From: a virus
Taxonomy: Duplodnaviria > Caudoviricetes
Reading direction: 5' to 3' (one strand)
DNA: 64,000 nt
IMG/VR virus record: IMGVR_UViG_3300025652_000059
Span: 1,497 to 65,496 of that record
Shown: piece after piece, positions 49,967-59,151 of the stretch
Layout of the letters: every line of letters starts with the position of its first letter
How positions within the stretch are numbered: the stretch's first letter is position 1
Translations under genes and position numbers: made by a program
The notes under the pieces: model-generated
Seen by the model: only the letters and a program-made list of their open reading frames with translations
Database searches by the model: none
What the model was told of the DNA's origin: nothing

Positions 49967-51304
49967 TCATACTAGGCCACCCCTAGATAAGCCAATAGAC
50001 TGAGTATAGTTATCTTCATTGAATGAATGTGTAATAGAAGTCACTACATATTTACCACTTCGCTGAGTATCCTTCTCTCTTGTCCCCGCTGGCGTATGAC
50101 TAAACTTAATCAAATCAAGATTAATCATCATGCCTGGGTATAGTTCAATCCTTCCTTTAATAACAACATTAAACGAATTACGCTTTAGATGATACTGTGT
50201 AATAGGCTTTGCTGTATAGTTCTCATAGAAGTGCTGATAAGGCCTAAGCATATTATCCTTTCCCTCGTTCATTCCTATCTGTGGAAAGTCTGTAATCAGT
50301 ATCTGTTCAGGCGCCTCGTGAGCCGGCATATAAGTGTTGACAAACTCCTGCGAATGTGTTAGAGAAACTTCCTCGGGCATCTTATGGCCATCGTATTCTG
50401 TCGTGTAATCATAGTCTCTTGATATACGGGTTCTCGTATTGATGTCGAGTTCTGTCACGCTTCGTCTGTATGCGCCTTGCTTTATATCAGAGAATGTATC
50501 GACCTTTGAGGGAAATGTAATCTCGTTTATACTCTGCTGTGCTATCCTTTGCCCTGGTCCTGTATTGTCATTTAACGTGTTGTATATAAAAAATAACGGG
50601 TTTATTTCTTCCCCACTTTTCTCCCCCAAATCGCCATATTTTCCCACTAAGTACTCAAACGTACAAAAGAAATACTTCTCTCTCGTCTCAAAGAATCTAA
50701 ATGATGATGTATTATTCTCTGCGCTATATGCTCTTCTAGATAAAAAGTGCATTGCGGCATCTGGTTTAAGACAAGGGATGACTAATGTCTGTTCTCCATC
50801 TGTTTCTTCTATCTCTATCTCTTTATCTACTGACTTATCGCCTGTAATGAAGTAATCATTATAGACTTCTTCTACTATTTGTGATATCTTTTGTTTAGCG
50901 AATGACTTTCTTATCTCTTTAGTATCAGAGAATAGCTTTTGTTTTGTAGTAAATTTGATAGTATACTTCTGCATTCTATCATTAATAGATGATTCGGGGC
51001 TTATATCTTCAACAGCATATAGGAAAAATTTCTGCGTGGCGCTTTCACCATAGAAGTCTTCATATGTGATTTCAATTTCTTCTTCTCCTCGTAGCGGAAC
51101 GTCTTCAAGGAGGTTATCTGATTCGTGTATTACTGCGCTTCCAGTGATATAAGGCGAACCCATTGCTTCTGAAAGACTCCAGTTGACAATGACCTTTGAT
51201 AGTTCTATGTGATCAGATATAGTATTCTCCCTATTATCGAACATAGGTCGAACTTTAAATGATCTTAGAACATAATATCCTGCTTGTGCTTGACTACTTG
51301 GCAT
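49967..51304 (-). CDS. baseplate hub protein, gp27-like
   Basis: LSEAMGSPYITGS...PLRGEEEIEI, FRFFETR and SGKYVVTSITHSF; lies between gp53 and gp5. Confidence 0.8.
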   Translation of the reverse strand: MPSSQAQAGYYVLRSFKVRPMFDNRENTISDHIELSKVIVNWSLSEAMGSPYITGSAVIHESDNLLEDVPLRGEEEIEITYEDFYGESATQKFFLYAVEDISPESSINDRMQKYTIKFTTKQKLFSDTKEIRKSFAKQKISQIVEEVYNDYFITGDKSVDKEIEIEETDGEQTLVIPCLKPDAAMHFLSRRAYSAENNTSSFRFFETREKYFFCTFEYLVGKYGDLGEKSGEEINPLFFIYNTLNDNTGPGQRIAQQSINEITFPSKVDTFSDIKQGAYRRSVTELDINTRTRISRDYDYTTEYDGHKMPEEVSLTHSQEFVNTYMPAHEAPEQILITDFPQIGMNEGKDNMLRPYQHFYENYTAKPITQYHLKRNSFNVVIKGRIELYPGMMINLDLIKFSHTPAGTREKDTQRSGKYVVTSITHSFNEDNYTQSIGLSRGGLV

Positions 51305-51857
51305 TTAATTCTTCTTTTAATTGACTATCAATATCTTCTAGATAAGATTTATTCGTTAAAACAATCTGGCGCCTTGACTCATTTAATTGAAATTCGTAGT
51401 CATATACTCGAACTGGATAGAACTCAGACTTCTCGTTATCGTCTTGTGCTAGAAAGGAGGCTCGATTGAGTCTAATATTAGAGTCAGAATGTGATCTATA
51501 CTCTACGATATTAGCACCGAGAGTAGCGTTCTTACTCCACTCAATGACTGCGTATCCTGTTGTGCCTGATGCTTTTTCGTACTCATTCATAATATATCTT
51601 TCAAATGTATTATGATTCTTCGGCCACTGTGTATACGGATCAACAATATCATTAGATGCTAATACTAACCAAGCGTATGACGGATCATCATAGTAATAAT
51701 ATGCGATATCTTCAGGCCTTTCTCCCTCTTTTATTGTGTAACTCATATAAGATAGAGCGTTAGATTTTGTCCCTTTTAATAAAGCGGCTTTGCGAGTAAT
51801 GTCAACAACTTCTTGACCATTAAATGATGTTGTAGGAAATCTACTAAAGTATGACAC
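51294..51857 (-). CDS. gp53: baseplate wedge subunit gp53
   Basis: YFSRFP, YTIKEGERPEDIAYYYYDDP..AWLVL..NDIVDP..QWP and YDYE..LNESRR. Confidence 0.93.
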   Translation of the reverse strand: MSYFSRFPTTSFNGQEVVDITRKAALLKGTKSNALSYMSYTIKEGERPEDIAYYYYDDPSYAWLVLASNDIVDPYTQWPKNHNTFERYIMNEYEKASGTTGYAVIEWSKNATLGANIVEYRSHSDSNIRLNRASFLAQDDNEKSEFYPVRVYDYEFQLNESRRQIVLTNKSYLEDIDSQLKEELNAK

Positions 51858-51859
51858 AA

Positions 51860-53104
51860 TTAAAATCCTCCCGGTACTTCAGGAAATCTATACACTGGAT
51901 TAGTTGATGATGCAAGTTGTTCTTGAGTCTTTCCTGTTGACTCAACTGCTTCAGTTATAGGGATAGTTGTTTCTATTGTCTCTCCAGTAGGCAAAGTATT
52001 AGTAACAGTTACTTCATCACTTGACTGAACAGGCGCATCTGTTGGAATTTGTCCAGTAGGATTACTATTAACAGTATCACTACCTTCTACATTATCCACA
52101 TTATCCGCACTATCCTCCAACACTTGTTCTGTCTTTTCAGGAACGCTTTGAATTTCTGTTGTTGGATACTTGTCTACGTCACCTTTTGTATGAATAAATG
52201 CTTCGTTTAATGTCATTGTAATACGAATAGCAGATGGCTTACCGCCCTTATTAACTGCTAATCCATTAGGAGTATAGTCAACATTAAACTGTGATATCAT
52301 TGACGTTTTAAATCTAAAGTAATATTCTTGATCAACTCCCATTAAATAAATATTAACCATTGAGGGATATCTAAGAATACCTTTATCCATAACACTCATT
52401 CCCCTTTCTTGACCTTCTGCGTCATTTCCTAGTGGGCTTGTTGCTTCTGGTAAAATATTCGATTGAATAATTTTAATAATATCTTTTAATTCACGTTGCT
52501 CTTCTTCACTTTCTGGTGATAATAACCACTCAAGCGAATGTACTTTAAGATCGACTCCCTTAAATACTAGAGATGCGAATGGATTGACTGCGGTTCCCTT
52601 TCCTTGTCCAACTCCGGCCAATATATCAGGCGCTACTTTACCTAATCCCGCCTTTGCTAAATATAGTCCAGTGTTCGATGCTTTATCCATTGCTGATGAT
52701 AGTGCCGCTACAGCATCTTTTTGTCCACTAGCAAAGCCCGCAATTGAATCAATTCCCCTTCCAATCGAGTCAACAAAGCTTGAGCCAACTGACTTGGCCG
52801 CTTCCGCATCCTGTGCTAATCCAATAAGATTGGCGGCACCTGTTCCAAGAATACCAATTTCGTCACCCCCAACATTAATTTTAAAGCTATCATTAATCTG
52901 TTTGGGAAGAGGCAACATAACTTTATGTCCATCAAGTCTTTCGCCTCCTTTTACACCACCATAAGTGTATTCAAAGAAATGCATAAGAGTGCCATGTGAT
53001 CCTATATTAACAGGAAACTTATGTATCGTTTGATCACCATTAGTCTTTCCCTTTCTATGGGAAATTAACTCTTCGGCGTTAGTTTTTAGTAGTCCTCTAG
53101 TCAT
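51860..53104 (-). CDS. gp48: baseplate tail-tube cap gp48
   Basis: LPLPKQIND, AVNPF..LVFKGV.L, LSPESEEE and FNVDYTPNG; acidic C-terminal extension. Confidence 0.88.
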   Translation of the reverse strand: MTRGLLKTNAEELISHRKGKTNGDQTIHKFPVNIGSHGTLMHFFEYTYGGVKGGERLDGHKVMLPLPKQINDSFKINVGGDEIGILGTGAANLIGLAQDAEAAKSVGSSFVDSIGRGIDSIAGFASGQKDAVAALSSAMDKASNTGLYLAKAGLGKVAPDILAGVGQGKGTAVNPFASLVFKGVDLKVHSLEWLLSPESEEEQRELKDIIKIIQSNILPEATSPLGNDAEGQERGMSVMDKGILRYPSMVNIYLMGVDQEYYFRFKTSMISQFNVDYTPNGLAVNKGGKPSAIRITMTLNEAFIHTKGDVDKYPTTEIQSVPEKTEQVLEDSADNVDNVEGSDTVNSNPTGQIPTDAPVQSSDEVTVTNTLPTGETIETTIPITEAVESTGKTQEQLASSTNPVYRFPEVPGGF

Positions 53105-53117
53105 CTCTGAACCTTTA

Positions 53118-53153
53118 TATAAATAATAAGTTAGTCTATGTTGATTATTTATA
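53118..53153. promoter_or_regulatory. face-to-face pair of late promoters between divergent gp48 and gp4
   Basis: TATAAATA on + at 53118-53125 and on - at 53146-53153. Confidence 0.85.
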
Positions 53154-53168
53154 TGTATTGGAGAGAAA

Positions 53169-53621
53169 GTGTCTAAGTATTATCAAGGGAGATTTAAGCC
53201 CGAACATCCGCAAAAGTATAAAGGTGATCCGTCTAATATAATATATCGTAGTGGATGGGAACTTAAACTGATGCGTTATTTAGATAAGCACCCCCATGTT
53301 ACTAAATGGAATAGTGAGGAAATAATTATTCCATATAGATCACCAATAGATGGGAAGATGCATAGATATTTTCCAGACTTTTATGTTGAGAAAACATATC
53401 ATGGAAAGAAAGAAAAGATATTAATTGAAGTAAAACCATGGGCTCAGACTCAAGCACCAAAAGTTCAGAACACTAAAAAGAATAAGCCGACTAAGCGTTA
53501 TATAAATGAAGTCAAGACTTATGGAACAAACTCAGCTAAATGGAATGCGGCTGAAGAATATTGCAAGGATAGAGGGTGGAAGTTCTCTATTATAACAGAA
53601 AAAGAGTTAGGAATAAAATAA
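53169..53621 (+). CDS. gp4: head completion nuclease gp4
   Basis: YKGDPSNIIYRSGWE, HRYFPDF, LIEVKP and AKWNAA. Confidence 0.95.
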   Translation: MSKYYQGRFKPEHPQKYKGDPSNIIYRSGWELKLMRYLDKHPHVTKWNSEEIIIPYRSPIDGKMHRYFPDFYVEKTYHGKKEKILIEVKPWAQTQAPKVQNTKKNKPTKRYINEVKTYGTNSAKWNAAEEYCKDRGWKFSIITEKELGIK

Positions 53622-53630
53622 TATCTAACG

Positions 53631-53638
53631 TATAAATA
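53631..53638 (+). promoter_or_regulatory. T4-type late promoter
   Basis: TATAAATA upstream of the nuclease gene. Confidence 0.8.
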
Positions 53639-53665
53639 GTCTATAAACACAAGGAATTTTAAATA

Positions 53666-54109
53666 ATGTATGAGTATAAAACAAAAGTAGTGAAGATCGT
53701 TGATGGCGACACAGTTGATGTGGATATAGATCTTGGATTTGGTATCTGGTTATATAACGAACGTGTCCGTATTATGGGCATTGATACACCAGAATCAAGA
53801 ACTCGTGACAAAGTTGAGAAGAAGTTTGGACTAGCATCCAAAGCAAGACTGAAGTCTCTACTAGGAAAGAATCCAGTATTGAAGACACAGATCAGTAAGA
53901 AAGGCGAAGATATGCGTGGTAAGTTTGGGCGTGTACTCGGAGACTTTGATGTATATTGTGCTAAGACAGATGCATGGCGCCCAGCTACTCAAATATTAGT
54001 TGAAGAAGGTCATGCTGTTCCTTACTTTGGTGGATCAAAGGATGACGTTGAAGCGCAACATATGGCTAACAGAGAGCGATTAATCGCTGAAGGTATCGTA
54101 ACACTATAA
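53666..54109 (+). CDS. thermonuclease (SNase-like) family protein
   Basis: VVKIVDGDTVDV.IDLGF, RVRIMGIDTPE and GKFGRVLG. Confidence 0.9.
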   Translation: MYEYKTKVVKIVDGDTVDVDIDLGFGIWLYNERVRIMGIDTPESRTRDKVEKKFGLASKARLKSLLGKNPVLKTQISKKGEDMRGKFGRVLGDFDVYCAKTDAWRPATQILVEEGHAVPYFGGSKDDVEAQHMANRERLIAEGIVTL

Positions 54110-54231
54110 TGTCTAAGAGAGAGCGTGTCAAGTGTCTAAGTAGGTCGTGGGAGAAGCGATTGAAGAAGCGTTTGAAAGCTAAAGAGAGACAAGCTAGTAG
54201 GAAAGAGGTGCGTGATGGCAGTAATATTTGA
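54109..54231 (+). CDS. small basic hypothetical protein (40 aa)
   Basis: MSKRERVKCLSRSWEKRLKKRLKAKERQASRKEVRDGSNI; TAATG-coupled to the nuclease and fills the gap to gp2. Confidence 0.55.
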   Translation: MSKRERVKCLSRSWEKRLKKRLKAKERQASRKEVRDGSNI

Positions 54232-54808
54232 TGAAATTCTAACAAAAGGTGTAAGATCTGGGCAGATACCTGCTCGGACTGCTAAGGCTCGTGATTGGTA
54301 TCGTGGGACAGCTAAACAGTACAAGACTGTAAAAGAGAATCAGTTCTTTGGATCAAAGAGTGATAAGGATAGAATGTCTTCTCGTCCACTTATTGGTGGA
54401 ATGTATATGTATGAGTATATGGCTAAGACTAGAGCAAAGCTACCGTACTATGATAGACTTCCATTAATATTTCCATTCAAGACTGTTAAGGGTGGATTCT
54501 ATGGACTGAATATGCACTATCTACCGCTACCACTTCGTGCTAAGTTGATGGACGCACTATATGAAACAGCTAACAATAGTAAATATGATGAGACTACAAG
54601 ACTGAGAATTAACTATCAAATATTAAATAAGGCGGCTAAGTTCGAAGCATTCAAACCGTGTGTTAAGAGATATTTGAACTCACAAGTACAAAGTAAATTT
54701 ATGTATGTATATCCATCAGAGTGGGATATCGCATTATTCTTGCCGACAGAAAGATTTGTTGGTGCATCTAAATCGACTGTATTTGCACAGTCTAAGAGAA
54801 AGATATAG
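54212..54808 (+). CDS. gp2: DNA end protector gp2
   Basis: LPYYDRLPLIF, GLNMHYLP, PCVKRYL and EWDIALFLPTERF; ATG at 54215 is the more likely start. Confidence 0.95.
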   Translation: MMAVIFDEILTKGVRSGQIPARTAKARDWYRGTAKQYKTVKENQFFGSKSDKDRMSSRPLIGGMYMYEYMAKTRAKLPYYDRLPLIFPFKTVKGGFYGLNMHYLPLPLRAKLMDALYETANNSKYDETTRLRINYQILNKAAKFEAFKPCVKRYLNSQVQSKFMYVYPSEWDIALFLPTERFVGASKSTVFAQSKRKI

Positions 54809-54816
54809 GACTAACA

Positions 54817-55587
54817 ATGGCATTCAGTTTACAAGACTTCAGTGCAAAATTAAATAAACGTGGTGTAGCAAAGAATAATCTGTTTGCTGTTACTTTTACA
54901 CTTCCTAGAGCATTACTCGCAGAGATAACATCTGTAGAGGACAATCTGGATATAACAAAAGACATAACATTCTATTGTAAAAGCGTGACCCTACCAGAAC
55001 TAGATCTAGTGACTACTGATATACAGCATCAAGGATTCGGTGCAACTGCTAGGCGCCCTCAAGGACTAAACTTTCCTGTTATGCCTGCACAGTTTATGGT
55101 CGATTCTGACTTTGCTGTTATGAAACTATTCCACAGATGGATGCAAGCTATCATAAACTTCGACACAAGTGGTGGTAGATTCTCGGGCGTGAGTAATCAA
55201 TTACCATATGAAATGGGATATAAGAAAGATTACGCAACAACAATGAAAGTTGCAGTATATTCATTTAACTCAGAGTCTATTGAGTATTTGTACGAGTTTA
55301 GTGGGCTCTATCCTGTTCAAGTAGGTAGCATCAATCCTGCGTGGGAAAATAATGGTGAAGTTCTTACTCTACCTGTCGGATTTACTTACGATGAAATGAG
55401 CGTAACTGGATCTAAGACGGGTATTGTTTTAGATGATAGAGATGGTACTGCGTTTGGTGGTATATTGAGTTGGTTCTCTACTATCAATACAGTAGCACAA
55501 ACGATCAAGGGAATTAGAAAGCCCAGAGGAGTACAGGATGCTATCAATCAAATAAATAAAGTAAATACACTTTTAGACAAATTTTAA
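54817..55587 (+). CDS. gp54: baseplate tail-tube initiator gp54 (tube-fold)
   Basis: GVAKNNLFAV, FYCKSVTLP, LFHRWM..I and LYPVQVGSI..AW...LTLPVGFTY. Confidence 0.8.
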   Translation: MAFSLQDFSAKLNKRGVAKNNLFAVTFTLPRALLAEITSVEDNLDITKDITFYCKSVTLPELDLVTTDIQHQGFGATARRPQGLNFPVMPAQFMVDSDFAVMKLFHRWMQAIINFDTSGGRFSGVSNQLPYEMGYKKDYATTMKVAVYSFNSESIEYLYEFSGLYPVQVGSINPAWENNGEVLTLPVGFTYDEMSVTGSKTGIVLDDRDGTAFGGILSWFSTINTVAQTIKGIRKPRGVQDAINQINKVNTLLDKF

Positions 55588-55624
55588 AATTTAAACAATT
55601 AATATATTATAGGAGTATAGTGCA

Positions 55625-56338
55625 ATGGGATTACCTAAGATTGATATGCCACTTTTTGAGACTAAAATAGTTTCGTCTGGTGAAGTAATTAAATATAGAC
55701 CATTTACAGTAAAAGAAGAAAAGATATTATTGATCGCTCAAGAGACACAGGAGTCAGATCAAATAGTTTTAGCAATGAAACAGATAATCACTAATTGCTG
55801 TCAAGGTGATATTAATGCAGAGGATCTCCCTATGTTTGACTTGGAGTATCTTCTTTTACAGATCAGGGCTAAGTCTGTCAATAACACTCTTTCCTTTACT
55901 GTAACAGATCCAGACACACAAGATCCTGTTGAGTGTGAAATAGATATTGAAAATATAAAACTAGACGTTCCAGAAGGACATACAAAATTCATTACGGTTG
56001 ATGATGACACTCAACTAGTTATGGGATATCCTAAGTTGGAGCAAGTAAATGACTTCTTATCGATTGCTAATCCAGATGTTAATCAGGGAGAGGTGTTGTT
56101 TGATGTGATGCTAGGATGTATTGACTCGGTAGTCGTAGGTGATGAAGTACAATATTTAAAGGATTTCAGTAAGGATGAAGTGGATTCTTTTCTAGGATCT
56201 TTACCGGGCGAAGCAACAGTAGCTTTGAAAAGCTTCTTTGAAACTATGCCACAGTTATCATACACTTTGGAATATACAAACACCAATGGTGATGAGAAGA
56301 CAATGGTGTTGAAGGGTACTGAAAGTTTTTTTCTCTAG
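55625..56338 (+). CDS. gp26: baseplate hub assembly chaperone gp26
   Basis: MGLPKIDMP, YRPFTVKEEKILL, FDLEYLLLQIRAKSV, FFETMP and LKGTESFF. Confidence 0.93.
   Translation: MGLPKIDMPLFETKIVSSGEVIKYRPFTVKEEKILLIAQETQESDQIVLAMKQIITNCCQGDINAEDLPMFDLEYLLLQIRAKSVNNTLSFTVTDPDTQDPVECEIDIENIKLDVPEGHTKFITVDDDTQLVMGYPKLEQVNDFLSIANPDVNQGEVLFDVMLGCIDSVVVGDEVQYLKDFSKDEVDSFLGSLPGEATVALKSFFETMPQLSYTLEYTNTNGDEKTMVLKGTESFFL
56326..56332 (+). other. candidate -1 ribosomal frameshift slippery site (T TTT TTT)
   Basis: AGT TTT TTT CTC TAG. The -1 frame reads TTT TTT TCT CTA GTG TTG..., continuing into gp51. Confidence 0.6.
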
Positions 56339-56508
56339 TGTTGAGTCACACTAACTTAGGATTGTATTATAAAACAATATTTTCCCTGGCTCAACATCAT
56401 AAATACAGTATAGCAGAACTAGAAGGTCTAATACCATATGAGCGTGATATATACGTTGATATGCTTATAGATTATCTAGAAGAGCAGAAGAATCAACAAC
56501 AAAAATAA
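56338..56508 (+). CDS. gp51: baseplate hub assembly protein gp51-like (56 aa)
   Basis: Below the ORF track cutoff. MLSHTNLGLYYKTIFSLAQHHKYSIAELEGLIPYERDIYVDMLIDYLEEQK carries the YY...QHHKYS..E.E...P.ERDIY signature. Confidence 0.88.
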   Translation: MLSHTNLGLYYKTIFSLAQHHKYSIAELEGLIPYERDIYVDMLIDYLEEQKNQQQK

Positions 56509-56516
56509 CGGAGCAA

Positions 56517-56846
56517 GTGATGAGTGAAGAAACAAAACCAAAAGATGTATTTCACCCAGCCGATACTAACGGTGATGGTAAAGTAAGTGATGCTGAAGAG
56601 ACATTATACTTAGAGTTTAAGCGTAAAGAGCTAGAAGATGCGGATGCTATGCGTGATGCACAGCGTAACATGACATGGTTTGCTCTTGGTGGTTTGTTAT
56701 TGTATCCATTTGCTGTTGTTCTAGCATCTCTCGCAGGATTAGATGAAGCACAAAAGACATTAGGAAGCATGGCACCGACATACTTTGTCGCTGTTGCCGG
56801 TATCGTTGCGGCATTCTTTGGCACACAAGCAATGAAGAAGAAGTAA
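56517..56846 (+). CDS. EF-hand-containing two-TM membrane protein (holin-like candidate)
   Basis: DTNGDGKVSDAE loop, two hydrophobic helices and a basic KKK tail. Confidence 0.7.
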   Translation: MMSEETKPKDVFHPADTNGDGKVSDAEETLYLEFKRKELEDADAMRDAQRNMTWFALGGLLLYPFAVVLASLAGLDEAQKTLGSMAPTYFVAVAGIVAAFFGTQAMKKK

Positions 56847-56847
56847 A

Positions 56848-56964
56848 ATGAATCCAGTTGAAGCATGGGAAACTCTCTCGTATCTAGACGGTGTATTATT
56901 CACTGTTTGGTTGGGAGTGTTGTACTATGGAAAATGTTGGATAGACAGTAAGTTCAAGGACTAA
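56848..56964 (+). CDS. small single-TM protein (38 aa)
   Basis: MNPVEAWETLSYLDGVLFTVWLGVLYYGKCWIDSKFKD; fills the gap before gp29. Confidence 0.6.
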   Translation: MNPVEAWETLSYLDGVLFTVWLGVLYYGKCWIDSKFKD

Positions 56965-56967
56965 GAA

Positions 56968-58866
56968 ATGTCGGAAGATCCCAAAAAAGTTATTACTATC
57001 GTAAACCCAGAGCAAGCTGGTCTAGATGAGGCTCGTTATGCACATCTACTCGATGTTTTAGACAGTATGCACTCCGCTTTAAAACGCCACACGCAACTAT
57101 TTCAAAGCGCAGAAGAAAGGGATAAAGAAGCGGCAGAAGACGCTAAACGAGCAAGATTAGCCGCATCTGTATCAGATGGTGATAATGATGGTGGGGAGGA
57201 TAGCAAGAAGGGAGCAGGAGCAGGAGCAGGAGCAGGAACTAGTCCCAAAAAGGATGATGGTGAAGGAGGCGGTGGTGTCAATGCTTTCTTTGCTGGCGGA
57301 GGACTCATGGGTGCAGTATCCGGTTTACTGGGTGGTACTATTGCAGGAATGTCTACTAAAAAGTTCTTTCTGGGTCTGGGGAAAAAAGTAATCGGATTAG
57401 GAATTGCGGCTGCTATAGCGCCTGCTGTTGGTAATTTTATTGAGGGTGCAGTAAATAGATCACTAGATAAAATGGGTGTCGATCCAGAAGTTGGTGATGA
57501 AATAGCAAGCGGAATTAACTTTGCCGCAGTAAATGCTATAATAGCGGCCACTATAAACAAGAGATGGGCTTTGCCTGCATTTTTAGCATCTTTAGCATAT
57601 AAGGTTGGTGCTAAATTAGACGAACTCGATGGTGAGGACGATGGAGCAATTGCGGGAGTAGAAGTTTCTGATGAGACACTAAAAGCTGTCGGAGGTATTC
57701 TTGGAGTTGGCTTTGGGTTTTACCTACAAAATAAACTCATATCATTAGCGAAAGCGGCGTCAGCCAAGCTAAAGGGTGTGCCTGTCGATGAGGTTATAGA
57801 GGAAGTAACTGATACTACTGTTGGCGTTGGACAGAACGATACTAATAATAATAAGAATAAAGATAATCGGGACGAAAGATCAAAAAATAACGACAAGCTT
57901 AATAGGCGTCAAACAGATCTCATTAATAAGGGAATTAGACTGCCTGGATTTTTGGCTTTCAATAGTAATGGGCAGGCAATAAACGAGTTGGGACAGATTG
58001 TATCTAACGATGATATCAAAGCGGCACTAGCTAAACTGGATAAAATGAATGTCACTAAGTATGCAGGATTATTGAAGTTTGCGGGTGCGGCCGCATCTGT
58101 AGGATTTTCTATGGTTGATGTCTATGACGCAATAGCTAACGGCGAAAGTGAAGATGTAATTATCAAAGAACTGTCTGGTGCATTAGGTGGTATTGCGGGT
58201 GGTTTTGGTGGAGCAAAACTTGGCGCACTTGCAGGAATGGTGGGTGGGCCGATAGGATCATTTCTAGGCGCACTAGTAATGGGTGGATTTGGCGCACTAG
58301 CAGGGGAAGATCTCGCAGAAATGATCGCAGAATTTGCAGTTACTGGAAAAAGCGAAGGCCTTGATAAGCTAGGAAATACGTTAGCTGTAGCCGGATCAGG
58401 ATTTACGACCGGTCAGGGATTCATGGGAAATCCAGCTATCATGGGAAGAGCAATGCACCAGAAATCACTGAAAGACGATTTCGAATCTTTCAAGTCAGGG
58501 GATATGTCGTTTGAGCAGTTCAATAAGCGTCATCCGGCAGATAAGAAGGCTTTGCAGAGGGCTCAAGCCATTATAGACGCTCAAAGAGCAGAGCGTGAAC
58601 AGCGCATACGGAATACAGTCCCAGTTGGTTTAGGAGTACTTAGACCAGAAAATTTAAAAGTTGTCCCTATGGAAGATAAAGTCGATGCAATGGGTCAATT
58701 CTCTATGTTCCCTCCATCTGGCGGGCAGGGGTCTATGCAAGCAGTGCAAAACTTTAGTCCAGTTCAAAATACAGTTAATACTGTCGGTGGTAACGAGAAT
58801 AATCAATTTACTATAATTCAAGGTGGTACATCTTCACTGGACAATAGCATTCCAGTAAGTCAATAA
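56968..58866 (+). CDS. gp29: tape measure / baseplate hub protein gp29-like
   Basis: 632 aa, helical with Gly/Ala-rich hydrophobic segments (GGAKLGALAGMVGGPIG) and an N/T-rich C-terminus; follows gp26-gp51. Confidence 0.75.
   Translation: MSEDPKKVITIVNPEQAGLDEARYAHLLDVLDSMHSALKRHTQLFQSAEERDKEAAEDAKRARLAASVSDGDNDGGEDSKKGAGAGAGAGTSPKKDDGEGGGGVNAFFAGGGLMGAVSGLLGGTIAGMSTKKFFLGLGKKVIGLGIAAAIAPAVGNFIEGAVNRSLDKMGVDPEVGDEIASGINFAAVNAIIAATINKRWALPAFLASLAYKVGAKLDELDGEDDGAIAGVEVSDETLKAVGGILGVGFGFYLQNKLISLAKAASAKLKGVPVDEVIEEVTDTTVGVGQNDTNNNKNKDNRDERSKNNDKLNRRQTDLINKGIRLPGFLAFNSNGQAINELGQIVSNDDIKAALAKLDKMNVTKYAGLLKFAGAAASVGFSMVDVYDAIANGESEDVIIKELSGALGGIAGGFGGAKLGALAGMVGGPIGSFLGALVMGGFGALAGEDLAEMIAEFAVTGKSEGLDKLGNTLAVAGSGFTTGQGFMGNPAIMGRAMHQKSLKDDFESFKSGDMSFEQFNKRHPADKKALQRAQAIIDAQRAEREQRIRNTVPVGLGVLRPENLKVVPMEDKVDAMGQFSMFPPSGGQGSMQAVQNFSPVQNTVNTVGGNENNQFTIIQGGTSSLDNSIPVSQ
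57211..57237 (+). repeat. (GGAGCA)4.5 in-frame microsatellite encoding GAGAGAGAG
   Basis: ggagcaggagcaggagcaggagcagga. Confidence 0.9.
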
Positions 58867-59057
58867 TCATCTTTCTTCTTGCGAGGCAATGTAGTTTCTA
58901 TGTTGTCTTGCTTGAGAAGTTCTTCAAGTTCCTCAACTGAAACATAATCTAAGTCCCAGTGATTGCAGATATCATTGCGATATCTCGTATGATTCTTGTC
59001 AGAACTCTTTGACTTCTTCTTGTTGAAGTAGTTTACTAATCGATCACTTATTTTCAT
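58860..59057 (-). CDS. hypothetical protein
   Basis: 65-aa ORF with GAGG SD, converging on gp29. Confidence 0.6.
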   Translation of the reverse strand: MKISDRLVNYFNKKKSKSSDKNHTRYRNDICNHWDLDYVSVEELEELLKQDNIETTLPRKKKDDY

Positions 59058-59083
59058 ATAAACAACCTCTTATTTTATGTAAT

Positions 59084-59121
59084 AAAAAAGGGAGACTTCA
59101 GCTTGTGGCTTCCATCTCCCT
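59084..59121 (-). terminator. rho-independent terminator after gene 32
   Basis: AGGGAGA...TCTCCCT stem followed by a T-tract on the minus strand. Confidence 0.8.
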
Positions 59122-59151
59122 ATAAACTCGCTATATTGAGTTTTGTCTCCT

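Noticed and set aside
661-52964. Many 60-190-aa ORFs overlapping the structural genes (e.g. 31242-31811, 15055-15507, 50439-50855, 49357-49578)
   Set aside because: Antisense or alternate-frame shadows of long genes with clear identity; no motifs or RBS.
54109-54231. Phage ribosomal protein bS21
   Set aside because: Basic composition only; lacks the ALRRFK and YEKPS motifs.
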